A DNA stretch of 64,000 nucleotides, taken from assembly GCA_012517205.1 (NCBI GenBank), contig JAAYVL010000156.1:290-64289 (forward strand), given 5' to 3'. The notes beneath the pieces were generated by a model. The model was not told the DNA's origin, made no database searches, and saw only the letters and a program-made list of their open reading frames with translations. Shown one piece after another: positions 10,956 to 19,990 of this stretch. Position 1 is the stretch's first letter. The number at the start of each line of letters is the position of its first letter. The translations under genes were made by a program, and so were the position numbers. The stretch comes from Verrucomicrobiota bacterium (lineage in GTDB: Bacteria; Verrucomicrobiota; Verrucomicrobiia; Limisphaerales; UBA8199).

Positions 10956-12188
10956 TTAACGCATGACTTCCACCAGCAACTCCCGCACGCGCCGCTCGTC
11001 GGCCGCCTGCGCCGTGAGCCGGAGTCCGCTGAACGTCGCCGCATCGCCGCGCGCCGGCACCACGTCCAGCAGGCTCGCCAGCAGCCCGCCCATCGTTTCG
11101 ACTTCCGGCACATCCGCCAGCGCCGGGTATTCCCGCCGGAAATCGTCCAACCGCAGCGTGCCGGCCACCCGCCAGCGCCCCGGCTCCAATCGTTCCATCA
11201 CAAACCCCTCCGCCTCGGCCTCGCCCTGGATTTTGCCGATCACTTCCTCGAGGATGTCCTCCATCGTCACAATGCCCGCCGTGTCGCCGAACTCGTCCAG
11301 CACGATCGCCAGCCCGCGTTGCTGCCGCTGCAAGGCCCGGAACAGTTGCAGCAGATTCATCAGCTCGGGCACGAACGATGGCAGCTCAATGGCATCCGCC
11401 AGGTCTATCTGCGGGTTCAGCAGCAACGCCCGGGTGTTGAGCACGCCCACGATGGTATCGGTCTCCTCATCATAAAGCGGCAGCCGGCGATGCCGGTATT
11501 TGCGCGCCGCGGCGATCATCTCCTCCGCGGACAGGTCGCTGGAGATGGCCGCCATCCGCGACCGCGGCTTCATCACTTCCCGGGCGGTGCGCTGGTCCAG
11601 GTTGATGATTTGCAGGATAATCTCCTTCTCGGATTGCGCCAGCGCCCCCTGCTGAAAGGCCATCTCCAGCAATTCCTGGTAGTCCGCATCCGTCACAACG
11701 GCTCCCGGCGACCCGGTCCGGCGCGCAACCATCCCCAGGATGGCCGTGTTGACCTTCTGCGCCCCCCGGCACAGCGGCAGGCCAAACCGCAGCAGGAACG
11801 CCATCGGCCGTGCCACCCGCAAAGCCCACTGCTCCGGCCGCCGCACGGCCAGCGTTTTGGGCCACACCTCGCACCCGATCAGGTTCAAGACCAGCAATCC
11901 CGCCACGGTCGCCACCAGCGGCCATTGCCCGTGGATGGCCTCCCACAGCGCCACCGCCAGCATCGCCGCGCTGGCAAACGTATTCCCCAGCACCATCGTC
12001 GCCAGCAAATCCTGCGGTTCGGCCAGCAACTGCGCCACGGCGCTCCCCGCCCGGGATGGCCGCCCGGCCAGTTGGCGCACCTGCCATTTACTCAGGGAAA
12101 ACAACGCCGTCTCCGCAAGAGCGAAGAAGAAGCTCGCTCCCGCAAAGATCAAAACTGCCACTGCGGCTACTAGCGGCCCTGACGCCAT
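10956..12188 (-). CDS. Hemolysin-family CNNM/CorC protein
   Basis: FFALAETALFSL, CEVWPKTLA, AREVMKPR, HRRLPLY, AIVLDEFGDTAGIVTMEDILEEVIG. Start placed at ATG 12188 (MASGP). Confidence 0.88.
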   Translation of the reverse strand: MASGPLVAAVAVLIFAGASFFFALAETALFSLSKWQVRQLAGRPSRAGSAVAQLLAEPQDLLATMVLGNTFASAAMLAVALWEAIHGQWPLVATVAGLLVLNLIGCEVWPKTLAVRRPEQWALRVARPMAFLLRFGLPLCRGAQKVNTAILGMVARRTGSPGAVVTDADYQELLEMAFQQGALAQSEKEIILQIINLDQRTAREVMKPRSRMAAISSDLSAEEMIAAARKYRHRRLPLYDEETDTIVGVLNTRALLLNPQIDLADAIELPSFVPELMNLLQLFRALQRQQRGLAIVLDEFGDTAGIVTMEDILEEVIGKIQGEAEAEGFVMERLEPGRWRVAGTLRLDDFRREYPALADVPEVETMGGLLASLLDVVPARGDAATFSGLRLTAQAADERRVRELLVEVMR

Positions 12189-12539
12189 GCCCCGAGCATG
12201 AACCTGAAATCCCTCCAAAGCAAGCCGCGGTTTTAGACGCCAACTCCACGCCCCAATCCATTCCTGCCTTTGCCCAGCTCGCCGTTCATTATCAAGGCAG
12301 GGGCGCCCGGCTGGTGCGAGGGTTAGCGATTCAATCACGTTCCTCCCCATTCTCCGGCAACTCAGGGAAAACTGCTTAGCCCGTCGAGTTCACGCTTAAC
12401 GCCGTGCAAAAATATGTCGTCGGCATGGAAAAGAGGGGGCGCGGGCAGGCAGCGCACCCTCATACGGCATACGGTTGCCGTTTCCTGCAGGGAGCCAAAC
12501 AGGCAAGTTCTGAAGCTTCGGTCCCACCCACCTGCCTCC

Positions 12540-12677
12540 GACTTCCGCTTTCCCCCTCAGCCCCGCAGTTTCAACGGCGAAAACCACCCTGAAAACCGCC
12601 CCCAAAGCCGCCCGGACTCTCAATACCCTCAAAAAGCCACAACTCCTTGTAATCACGCCACTTTCACCCTACCTTCA
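12540..12677. repeat. Left flank of hairpin copy 1; inverted homologue of the right flank of copy 3 (~51141-51295)
   Basis: 12577-12606 is the reverse complement of 51215-51244 at 29/30 nt. A second shared block AGGGTG(A/G)AAGTGGCGTGATT lies next to the hairpin. Confidence 0.85.
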
Positions 12678-12778
12678 AGCCGTGTACAAGGGGTGTACAA
12701 GGGATGCTCACCGGGTGTACAACGATAAATCTTATGTACCTCCGGTGAGCATCCCTTGTACACCCTTTGTACACGGCT
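12678..12778. repeat. ~100-bp inverted-repeat (hairpin) element, copy 1
   Basis: 37-nt arms AGCCGTGTACAAGGGGTGTACAAGGGATGCTCACCGG (12678-12714) and its reverse complement (12742-12778, 1 mismatch), 27-nt spacer. Confidence 0.95.
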
Positions 12779-12967
12779 CGATAGTGGCTATGGATGAGGC
12801 TGGAAAGACGGGGGTTATGTAAAAAACGGGGGGCTCCTCACGGTTCCGGCAAAATAGGCCGGAAGGCTATGCCAGCAGGCTTTGTCCCTGGGGCATCAGC
12901 TATGATCGCCGCCGGGGGTGGCCCCGGGCCGGAAACGCTTATGGAATTGGCACCTTGACGGGCGGGC

Positions 12968-14077
12968 TTATTTCAAGTTTGCCGGGTTGAGCGGCTTCAA
13001 GTCCTTTGGCACAAACAGGCCGTTTTTGCGGATCAGGTGGTCGTCGAACCAGATTTCGCCGCCGCCCCAGTCGGGCCGCTGAATCAGCACCATATCCCAA
13101 TGCACCGCCGAACGGTTGCCATTGTCGCATTCCTCATAGGCCTGCCCCGGGGTCAGGTGCAGGGAGCCGGCGATCTTTTCGTCGAACAGGATGTCGCACA
13201 TCGGCTTTTGGATCAGGGGGTTGAGGCCCAAAGAGAACTCGCCGGTGTAGCGCGCGCCGGGGTCGGTATCCAGAATCTCGTTGAGGCGGCGGGTGTTGTT
13301 CGCCGTGGCTTTGACGATCCGGCCGGCTTTGAATTCCAAGCAGACGTTCTCGAATTTGGTGCCGGAATACAGGGTGGGCGTATTGAACTGAATGCGCCCG
13401 TTGATGGAGTCCTTGACGGGGCAGGAGAACACCTCGCCATCGGGGATATTTCGATCCCCTTTGCACATCTGGGCACCCATGCCTTTGATGCTGAACGCCA
13501 GGTCCGTGCCGGGGCCCTTGAGGCGGACGCGGTCGGTGCGCTGCATCCAGCGCACCAGCGGCGTCATGGCGCGGCCCATCCGGCGATAATCCAGCGTGCA
13601 GACTTCGAAATAGAAATCTTCAAAGGCCTCGGTGCTCATGCCGGCGGCCTGGGCCATGCTGGGGGTGGGCCAGCGCAGCACGCACCAGCGCGTCCTTTTG
13701 ACCCGGTAGTCGAGCACCGGCCGGGTGATGCGGCTGTAGAGCGCCATCTGATGGCCGGGCACGTCCGCGTTTTCGCTGGCGTTGTCGCTGCCGCGAAGGG
13801 CGATATACGCCTGCATCTTCTTCATCCGGAACAGCTCGAAGTCCCGCAGCAGGCGGGCGTGCCGGGGATGGATATCGCGCAGAATCTCGCGGTTGACGCG
13901 GGTATGGCGGATTTCGATGAAAGGTGTGGCGCCCGCCGCCCGCGCCGCCCGCATGAGTTCTATGGCAAACGCATCGGGCACATCAATCATATCCAGCAGG
14001 ACGCAATCGCCCCGCTTCAGGGCGGTCGAGTATTCGACGAGCAACTTTGCCAGTTTTCGATAACGCGGGTCAGTCAT
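12968..14077 (-). CDS. Aminopeptidase (M29, AmpS/PepS thermophilic metalloprotease family)
   Basis: MTDPRYRKLAKLLVEYS, WPTPSMAQAAGMSTEAFEDF, NIPDGEVFSCP, GEFSLGLNP, ILFDEKIAGSLHLTPG, SAVHWDMV. Start at ATG 14077. Confidence 0.9.
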   Translation of the reverse strand: MTDPRYRKLAKLLVEYSTALKRGDCVLLDMIDVPDAFAIELMRAARAAGATPFIEIRHTRVNREILRDIHPRHARLLRDFELFRMKKMQAYIALRGSDNASENADVPGHQMALYSRITRPVLDYRVKRTRWCVLRWPTPSMAQAAGMSTEAFEDFYFEVCTLDYRRMGRAMTPLVRWMQRTDRVRLKGPGTDLAFSIKGMGAQMCKGDRNIPDGEVFSCPVKDSINGRIQFNTPTLYSGTKFENVCLEFKAGRIVKATANNTRRLNEILDTDPGARYTGEFSLGLNPLIQKPMCDILFDEKIAGSLHLTPGQAYEECDNGNRSAVHWDMVLIQRPDWGGGEIWFDDHLIRKNGLFVPKDLKPLNPANLK

Positions 14078-14430
14078 AGCACGCTGGAAAGAAAGCACAG
14101 GCGCCGCCCGGAGTCGAGCCGGGACTCTCAAAAGGGCGGGCGCAAAGCGTCGCTCGGTGGGAGAGCGCGCTCCAGCAGGAGGAGCGCCATCACGGTTCCC
14201 GGTGCTACCCCGGCGAACGGCGGCGCGGGTTTCAGGGCGGAACTGCCTTTCTCAGCCCCGGCCCGTCCGGCGCCCTTTGCGCAAGCGGACCACCGAGCTG
14301 ACGGTGAAACAGCCGCCTCGCCGCCGGATTCTGAAGCCGCAGCAGGTGCCGGCGGGAAGGCTCTTGATGCCGGCGGTGGTGCGTTGGGGAGGTTGGTGTG
14401 CGGCGGAAAACGCGAACCGCGCGGGCGGCG

Positions 14431-15093
14431 TCAACGCCGCGCTTCCGGCATCTGTTCGCGCCGGCGGAGCGCGCGTTCGCGCCGCCGGGTTTCGCGGCGC
14501 AGCAAATCCTCGGCGGACCAGCCCCGTTCCTGCGCATATTGCGCCAGCGCAAAAAGCTGCGCGGCCAATTCCCGCCGGGTGCGGACGGGCGGGGTGGTTT
14601 CGGGCGGCAACAGCTTGGCTTTGCGCGCTTTGCGCACGAGTTTGGCGGCTTGCAGCAGCGCGGGCAGCGAGCGCGGAATGCCGTCCAGAGCGGAAGGGCG
14701 GGCATGCCGGGTTCCCTGTTTTTCGGCGCGCTTGATTTGCTCCCAGTTCGCCCAGACCTGGTCCACGTTTTTGACCCGGAGCCGGCCGAATACATGCGGA
14801 TGGCGGCGGATCAATTTATCCGCGATGCGGCGGGCGACGCGCTCGAAATCAAACGCGCCCCGTTCCCTGGCCAGTTGGCAGTGGAACACCACCTGCAAGA
14901 GCACATCGCCCAGTTCCTCCTCCAACTCGTGGTCGTCGCCGGCCTCGATGGCATCGAGCAATTCATAAACCTCCTCGACGGCGTGCCAGCGGAGGGTCCG
15001 GTGATTTTGCTGCCGGTCCCAGGGGCAGCCGCGCGGCGACCGGAGCCGGGCCATGATGGCCAGCAAATCGTTAATGGCGGGAGTTCGTTTCAT
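14431..15093 (-). CDS. mazG: MazG-family nucleoside triphosphate pyrophosphohydrolase
   Basis: LRSPRGCPWDRQQ, EEVYELLDAI, EEELGDVLLQVVFH, KLIRRHPHVFG, NWEQIK. Confidence 0.9.
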   Translation of the reverse strand: MKRTPAINDLLAIMARLRSPRGCPWDRQQNHRTLRWHAVEEVYELLDAIEAGDDHELEEELGDVLLQVVFHCQLARERGAFDFERVARRIADKLIRRHPHVFGRLRVKNVDQVWANWEQIKRAEKQGTRHARPSALDGIPRSLPALLQAAKLVRKARKAKLLPPETTPPVRTRRELAAQLFALAQYAQERGWSAEDLLRRETRRRERALRRREQMPEARR

Positions 15094-15190
15094 GCAAGAG
15101 GGCGTGGGCGGGAAGCGCGGCGACCGGGCGGGATTTTTTGCCGGGGCGTTTTCTTATCCATATTCCGGGCTCGCTCGCGCGGGAGGAGCA

Positions 15191-16267
15191 TCACAGGATG
15201 ACCAGGTTGTCCCGATGGACAACTTCGACGCGCTGGAGCTTGCGGGCCTTGATTTCCGCGGCGCCAAACCCGGCGATGCCGCGGGCGAACTCCGTGCCGT
15301 CCTGGTCGCAAATGCGCACCACCTCACCGGCGGCAAAATCGCCGTCGCAGCGCGTGATGCCGGGCGGCAGGAGGCTTTTGCCCCCTTCGCGCACGGCTTT
15401 CCGCGCTCCGGCATCCACATACAGCGCGCCTTTGGGGTGATGAAAGAAGGCAATCCAGCGTTTGCGGCCCTTGAGCCGGGTGGGCTGGGGCACGAAAAGC
15501 GTGCCCTCCTCCTCGCCCGCCATCACGCGGGCGATCACGCGTTTCTTGCGGCCCGAGGCAATGACCAGCGGGATGCCCGCGCGCATCACGATTTTGGCGG
15601 CCTGAACTTTCGAGGCCATCCCGCCGACCGCCGTGGCGCTGCGGGTGCCGGTCGCAGTTTGCTCCAGCGCCGCGTCCACCCGCCGGATCAGGGGGATGGT
15701 CCGGGAATTGGCTTTGCCGAAATTCTCCAGCACGCCGTCCACGGTGGTCAGGATGAGCAGCAAATCCGCCGGCAGCAGCGAAGCCACCAGGGCCGAGAGC
15801 AGGTCGTTGTCGCCGAACTTCAACTCGGTGAAAGAGATCACGTCGTTCTCATTGATGATGGGAATAATCCCATGCTCCAGGAGCGTCACCAGGGTATTGC
15901 GGGCGTTGAGGTGGCGTTCGTGGTGCTCCAGGTCGTCGTGCGTGAGCAGGATTTGGGCAACCGCCAGGCCATGCTTCCCGAAAAGCTCGTCATACACCGC
16001 CATCAACCGCGACTGCCCCACCGCCGCGCATGCCTGCAGATCAGCCAGCGCGCGCGGGCGCTGCGAAAAGCCCAGCGCGCCCATGCCCGCCCCCACGGCT
16101 CCCGACGAAACGACCAGCACTTCCCGGCCGGCCTGCCGTTGTTCGGCCAATTGCCCCACCAATTGCTCCATTTGGGCCAGCTCCGGCTGCTTCCGGCTAT
16201 CCGTCAGGACGCCGGTGCCCAGTTTCACCACTATGCGCGTGATATCTTTGATGATTTCGGAACGCAC
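15191..16267 (-). CDS. proB: Glutamate 5-kinase with PUA domain
   Basis: RIVVKLGTGVLT, VSSGAV, QACAAVGQ, IPIINEND, FGDNDLLSALVA, VGGMASKVQAA, C-terminal VVHRDNLVIL. GTG start at 16267 chosen; the 753-aa track ORF extends antisense through gltS. Confidence 0.93.
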   Translation of the reverse strand: MRSEIIKDITRIVVKLGTGVLTDSRKQPELAQMEQLVGQLAEQRQAGREVLVVSSGAVGAGMGALGFSQRPRALADLQACAAVGQSRLMAVYDELFGKHGLAVAQILLTHDDLEHHERHLNARNTLVTLLEHGIIPIINENDVISFTELKFGDNDLLSALVASLLPADLLLILTTVDGVLENFGKANSRTIPLIRRVDAALEQTATGTRSATAVGGMASKVQAAKIVMRAGIPLVIASGRKKRVIARVMAGEEEGTLFVPQPTRLKGRKRWIAFFHHPKGALYVDAGARKAVREGGKSLLPPGITRCDGDFAAGEVVRICDQDGTEFARGIAGFGAAEIKARKLQRVEVVHRDNLVIL

Positions 16268-16411
16268 GCCAAGCTGGGTAGCAAATCCGGCAGCGGGTGT
16301 CGAATTCCAAATCTGCCGGAAACGGCCGTAAAGCGGTGGGTAGCAATTTGGCGGCGGGATTCCGTTGTCATTCCGGCGTTCGAGGTTTAGGCTGCGCCTG
16401 ATTTTCGCGCG

Positions 16412-17710
16412 ATGAGCGGCTCGGAAACCCTGATAGTTATTCCTGCCTTGTTCATAGCCATCCTTGCCATCCCGGTATTGCTGGCAGGCGAATGGCTCGT
16501 CAAACGCTTTCGCCTGCTCGCGCGCTTCAACATCCCCGCCCCGGTCGTCGGCGGCCTGCTGGTATCGGCGCTGCTGCTGCTGGGACACCTTTCGGGCGCC
16601 TTTGCGGCCCGGTTTCAAATCCACGTGACGGCGCGCTGGTGGACCTGGCTGGTGACGGCGGAGCCGGAATGGTTCCAGGCGCCGGGCAAGCATGTGAACA
16701 CCCCGTTTCTGGTGGCCTTTTTTGCGTGCATTGGCCTGAATGCCCGCTGGGAACTGGTGCGGCGCGGCGGCGCGCAGGTGCTGCTTTTCTGGGGGGCGGC
16801 GGCGGCCTTGGCCGTGGCGCAGAACGGCATCGGCGTGGCGCTGGCCAAACTGATCGGCGCGCCGCCGTTGCTGGGCCTGGTCTGCGGCAGTGTGACCATG
16901 ATTGGCGGGCACGGCACGGCGCTGGGCTTTGCCGCTGACCTGGCGCGCGCCGGCTTGCCCACGGCCGCGGTGGCGGGGGCGGCTGCGGCAACCTTTGGCC
17001 TGGTCTGCGGCGGCTTGATTGGCGGGCCGGTGGGCGGATGGTTGATTCGCCGCCACCACCTCAAATCCCGCGTTGGCGCGCAAATACACCTGGAAGCCGG
17101 CCGCACGGGTGAGGCGGGCATTTTGAACGACCTCCGCCGCTGCGCCGGGTTTGGGCGGCCGTTGTTCACGCATCTGCTGCTGTTGCTGGTGTGCCTCAAG
17201 ATCGGGGCATGGATTAGCTATTTCATTCAACAAACGGGCATCACCTTTCCGGTCTATATGGGCGCGATCCTGCTCGGCGTTGGCGTGCGCAACTTGCTGG
17301 ACGCCGCCCAACTGTCCTGGGTGGACAGCGAAATTATTGATACGCTGGCTTCGGTCTGCCTCGGGGTGTTTCTGGCAACCGCCCTGATGAGTCTGAACCT
17401 GGCCGAGTTGGCCAATACCGCGCTGCCGATGCTTCTTATCCTGACGGTGCAAGTAGCCGTGGTGGCGGTCTATGCCGGGTGGGTGGTTTTCCGGCTGATG
17501 GGCCGTGATTTTGAAGCGGCCGTAATGGCTGGCGGTCTCTGCGGCTTCGGCCTGGGCGCCACTCCCAATGCCATGGCCAACATGAAAGCGCTGGTGGAAA
17601 CCTTCGGCCCGGCGCCCCGCGCGTTTCTGGTGGTGCCCCTGGTGGGAACGTTTCTGGTGGATTCGGTCAACGCGTTGAATATCACGTTCTTCCTTAACTT
17701 GCTGAAATGA
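16412..17710 (+). CDS. gltS: Sodium/glutamate symporter
   Basis: FNIPAPVVGG, FFACIGL, GSVTMIGGHGT, AATFGLVCGGLIGGP, GFGLGATPNAMANM, AFLVVPLVG motifs. Confidence 0.88.
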   Translation: MSGSETLIVIPALFIAILAIPVLLAGEWLVKRFRLLARFNIPAPVVGGLLVSALLLLGHLSGAFAARFQIHVTARWWTWLVTAEPEWFQAPGKHVNTPFLVAFFACIGLNARWELVRRGGAQVLLFWGAAAALAVAQNGIGVALAKLIGAPPLLGLVCGSVTMIGGHGTALGFAADLARAGLPTAAVAGAAAATFGLVCGGLIGGPVGGWLIRRHHLKSRVGAQIHLEAGRTGEAGILNDLRRCAGFGRPLFTHLLLLLVCLKIGAWISYFIQQTGITFPVYMGAILLGVGVRNLLDAAQLSWVDSEIIDTLASVCLGVFLATALMSLNLAELANTALPMLLILTVQVAVVAVYAGWVVFRLMGRDFEAAVMAGGLCGFGLGATPNAMANMKALVETFGPAPRAFLVVPLVGTFLVDSVNALNITFFLNLLK

Positions 17711-18239
17711 GGAACGCCGATTGGCGTAACTGGAGGTACTATTATTTAAGTGCTTATCCGAGGCGCGGCACAGTTAGCGCGCCGGGAGTGGAAGCGCCTG
17801 GGCCGGGCCAACCCGGGCCGGGACGATGGAAGCAACTTTGATCCCAGCGGCAGCCGGACTTAAACGGCCGGCAGGCAATGGGTCAGTCGCGAACGGCAAT
17901 TTCCAAATGGGCCCGGCGTGGAATCGGCCAGGCAAGTTGGTGCTGGGTCCGGCAAATGATCGAGGCGGTTTGCCTTGGGCCGATTCAAAGCCGCCGCCCC
18001 CAGGGCGCGCCCTGTTTCCCGGTGGGGCGATTGCGGTCGGCGGCCGGCATCGGGCCAATCGCCCGAACTGTTCCGGGGATAGCAGAGATTATCAGCAGCG
18101 CGGCGGTTCTTCGCAGAGCCAGCCGGGGCTGCCATTTATTCCCGGCCGGGTATTCGATGCAAATCTCAAAAATACGCTTGATTCGTGAGTGTGCGCTTCG
18201 TATATTGCCCGCTCTTTTTAAGAAAAAGCGAATAGATTT

Positions 18240-18449
18240 ATGCGACGTCCAAAAGGCATTAAGACCAAGAAGTCCGCGGCTAAACGGTTCAAGATCACGG
18301 CCCGCGGAAAAGTGCTGCGCGCCAGCGCCGGCCGGCGGCATTTATGCCAATCCAAGAGCCCCAAACGCCGCCGCGCGCTGCGGGGTCCGGCTGTGGTTGA
18401 TGCGTCGGACGAGTATCGCATCAAACAGAACCTGCCGTTCAGCCACTAA
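18240..18449 (+). CDS. rpmI: 50S ribosomal protein L35
   Basis: KTKKSAAKRFKITARGKV...AGRRHL...KSPKRRRALR; precedes rplT. Confidence 0.95.
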   Translation: MRRPKGIKTKKSAAKRFKITARGKVLRASAGRRHLCQSKSPKRRRALRGPAVVDASDEYRIKQNLPFSH

Positions 18450-18476
18450 ACTTAAACCCTTAGTCATTCACGATTC

Positions 18477-18848
18477 ATGCGCGTCACCAACGCTCCAGCT
18501 TCCCGCAAACGCCGCGCCCGGATGATTCGAGCCGCCAAAGGCTTCCGGATGCGCCGCTCCAAACTTTACCGCTACGCCTCGGACGCGGTTGATCACGGCC
18601 GGGCCTATGCTTACCGCGATCGGCGGACCAAGAAACGCAACTTCCGCGCGCTGTGGCAAATCCGCATCAATGCCGCCGCCCGCGCCGCCGGCACGACTTA
18701 CAGCCGCTTCATGGAGGGGCTCAAGGCGGCCCAGGTGGCGCTGGATCGCAAAATCCTGGCCGACCTGGCAGCCACGGATGCCGCCGCTTTTAACCAGTTG
18801 GTCAAAGTCGCCCAGGACGGTCTGAAGGCTAAAGCCGCGAAGGCTTGA
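18477..18848 (+). CDS. rplT: 50S ribosomal protein L20
   Basis: MRVTNAPASRKRR...AKGFR, YAYRDRRTKKRNFRALWQIRINAAAR, YSRFMEGLK, LDRKILADLA. Confidence 0.97.
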   Translation: MRVTNAPASRKRRARMIRAAKGFRMRRSKLYRYASDAVDHGRAYAYRDRRTKKRNFRALWQIRINAAARAAGTTYSRFMEGLKAAQVALDRKILADLAATDAAAFNQLVKVAQDGLKAKAAKA

Positions 18849-18885
18849 CATTTCAGGCGACCGATTCCTCATTGCCAGAAAGTGG

Positions 18886-18920
18886 ACGGGCGACCCGAAC
18901 CGGCTCGCCCGTTTGCTTTT
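18886..18920 (+). terminator. Putative intrinsic terminator between rplT and pheS
   Basis: Stem ACGGGCGA/TCGCCCGT (8 bp) with 11-nt loop, followed by TTGCTTTT. Confidence 0.5.
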
Positions 18921-18944
18921 CCGGCCCGCGGCGTCGGGGAGTGC

Positions 18945-19985
18945 ATGGCGGAGAATGATTTTATGGCTGGATTCCTGGACCAAATCGAACCGTTAAAGCA
19001 GGCGGCGCTCGCCGAACTGGACGGCGCGGCGGACCTGGCGGCGCTGGAACAGGCGCGCGTCAATTATCTTGGCGCGAACGGCAGGTTCACCGCGCTGATG
19101 AAGCAACTGGGCACGCTGCCCCGGGAGGAGAAGCCCGCTGCCGGCAAGGCGATTAACGGCGCCAAAGTCGAGTTGGAGGCCGCGCTGGCCCGCCGTCGCG
19201 GCGAACTCGAACTCAAGGCCGCGCTGCCCGCGGAGCCGACCGACTTCACGCTGCCGGGCCGTCGGCGCATTCTGGGAAAGCTGCATCCGCTGACGCAGGT
19301 TACCGAGGACATCGTGCGCAGCTTCCGCAAAATAGGGTTTGTCGTGGCCGAGGGGCCGGAGGTGGAAGACGATTACCACTGTTTCGACGCGTTGAATACG
19401 CCGGCGGATCACCCGGCGCGGGATACGCAGGACACGTTTTACCTGGGCGGGGCGGAAACCGAAGCCGCGCCCCCCTTGCTGCTGCGCACGCATACGTCCT
19501 CCGTGCAGATTCGCGTCATGGAGAAGCAATCGCCGCCCGTGCGCATCATTGTGCCGGGCCGCTGCTACCGCCGGGATAACGCGGACGCCACCCACAATCC
19601 CACCTTCCACCAGGTGGAGGGGCTGTACGTGGACCGGAATGTCACCGTGGGGGATCTCAAGGGCACGGTCGAATTTGTTTTCAAGGAACTGATGGGCGAG
19701 GAGACGCAGATTCGCTTCCGGCCGCACTATTTCAGCTACACGGAGCCGAGTTTTGAAATAGACTTCAGCAGCCCGATGACGCGCAAGATGGGCAGGGAGT
19801 GGCTTGAAATTGCCGGCTGCGGGATGGTGCATCCGCAGGTGATCGAGAACGTTGGTTATGATGCCGAGGTTTGGAACGGGTGGGCCTTTGGCTTTGGCAT
19901 CGAGCGCATTGCCATGATTCGCTACGGCATCAACGACATTCGGCTCTTCTACGAGAACGATCTGCGGTTCCTGAAACAGTTTTGA
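18945..19985 (+). CDS. pheS: Phenylalanyl-tRNA synthetase alpha subunit
   Basis: HPARDTQDTFY, LLRTHTSSVQIR, PGRCYRRD, TFHQVEGL, FRPHYFSYTEPS, WLEIAGCGMVHP, GFGIERIAM. Start at ATG 18945 or 18963. Confidence 0.97.
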   Translation: MAENDFMAGFLDQIEPLKQAALAELDGAADLAALEQARVNYLGANGRFTALMKQLGTLPREEKPAAGKAINGAKVELEAALARRRGELELKAALPAEPTDFTLPGRRRILGKLHPLTQVTEDIVRSFRKIGFVVAEGPEVEDDYHCFDALNTPADHPARDTQDTFYLGGAETEAAPPLLLRTHTSSVQIRVMEKQSPPVRIIVPGRCYRRDNADATHNPTFHQVEGLYVDRNVTVGDLKGTVEFVFKELMGEETQIRFRPHYFSYTEPSFEIDFSSPMTRKMGREWLEIAGCGMVHPQVIENVGYDAEVWNGWAFGFGIERIAMIRYGINDIRLFYENDLRFLKQF

Positions 19986-19990
19986 CCGCC

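Noticed and set aside
12396-12656. Small ORFs around the hairpin loci (also 33821-34048, 50782-51096) sharing LSNYWTL / CPIIGHS / VYKGC peptides
   Set aside because: The shared peptides are translations of the DNA palindromes in several frames and on both strands, not evidence of a protein family.
14252-14434. 60-aa ORF between mazG and the aminopeptidase gene
   Set aside because: TTG start, low-complexity Arg/Gly composition and no recognisable motif; cannot be supported.
18849-18944. pheM-like Phe-rich attenuator peptide before pheS
   Set aside because: A terminator-like hairpin exists, but I found no short ORF with clustered Phe codons upstream of it.
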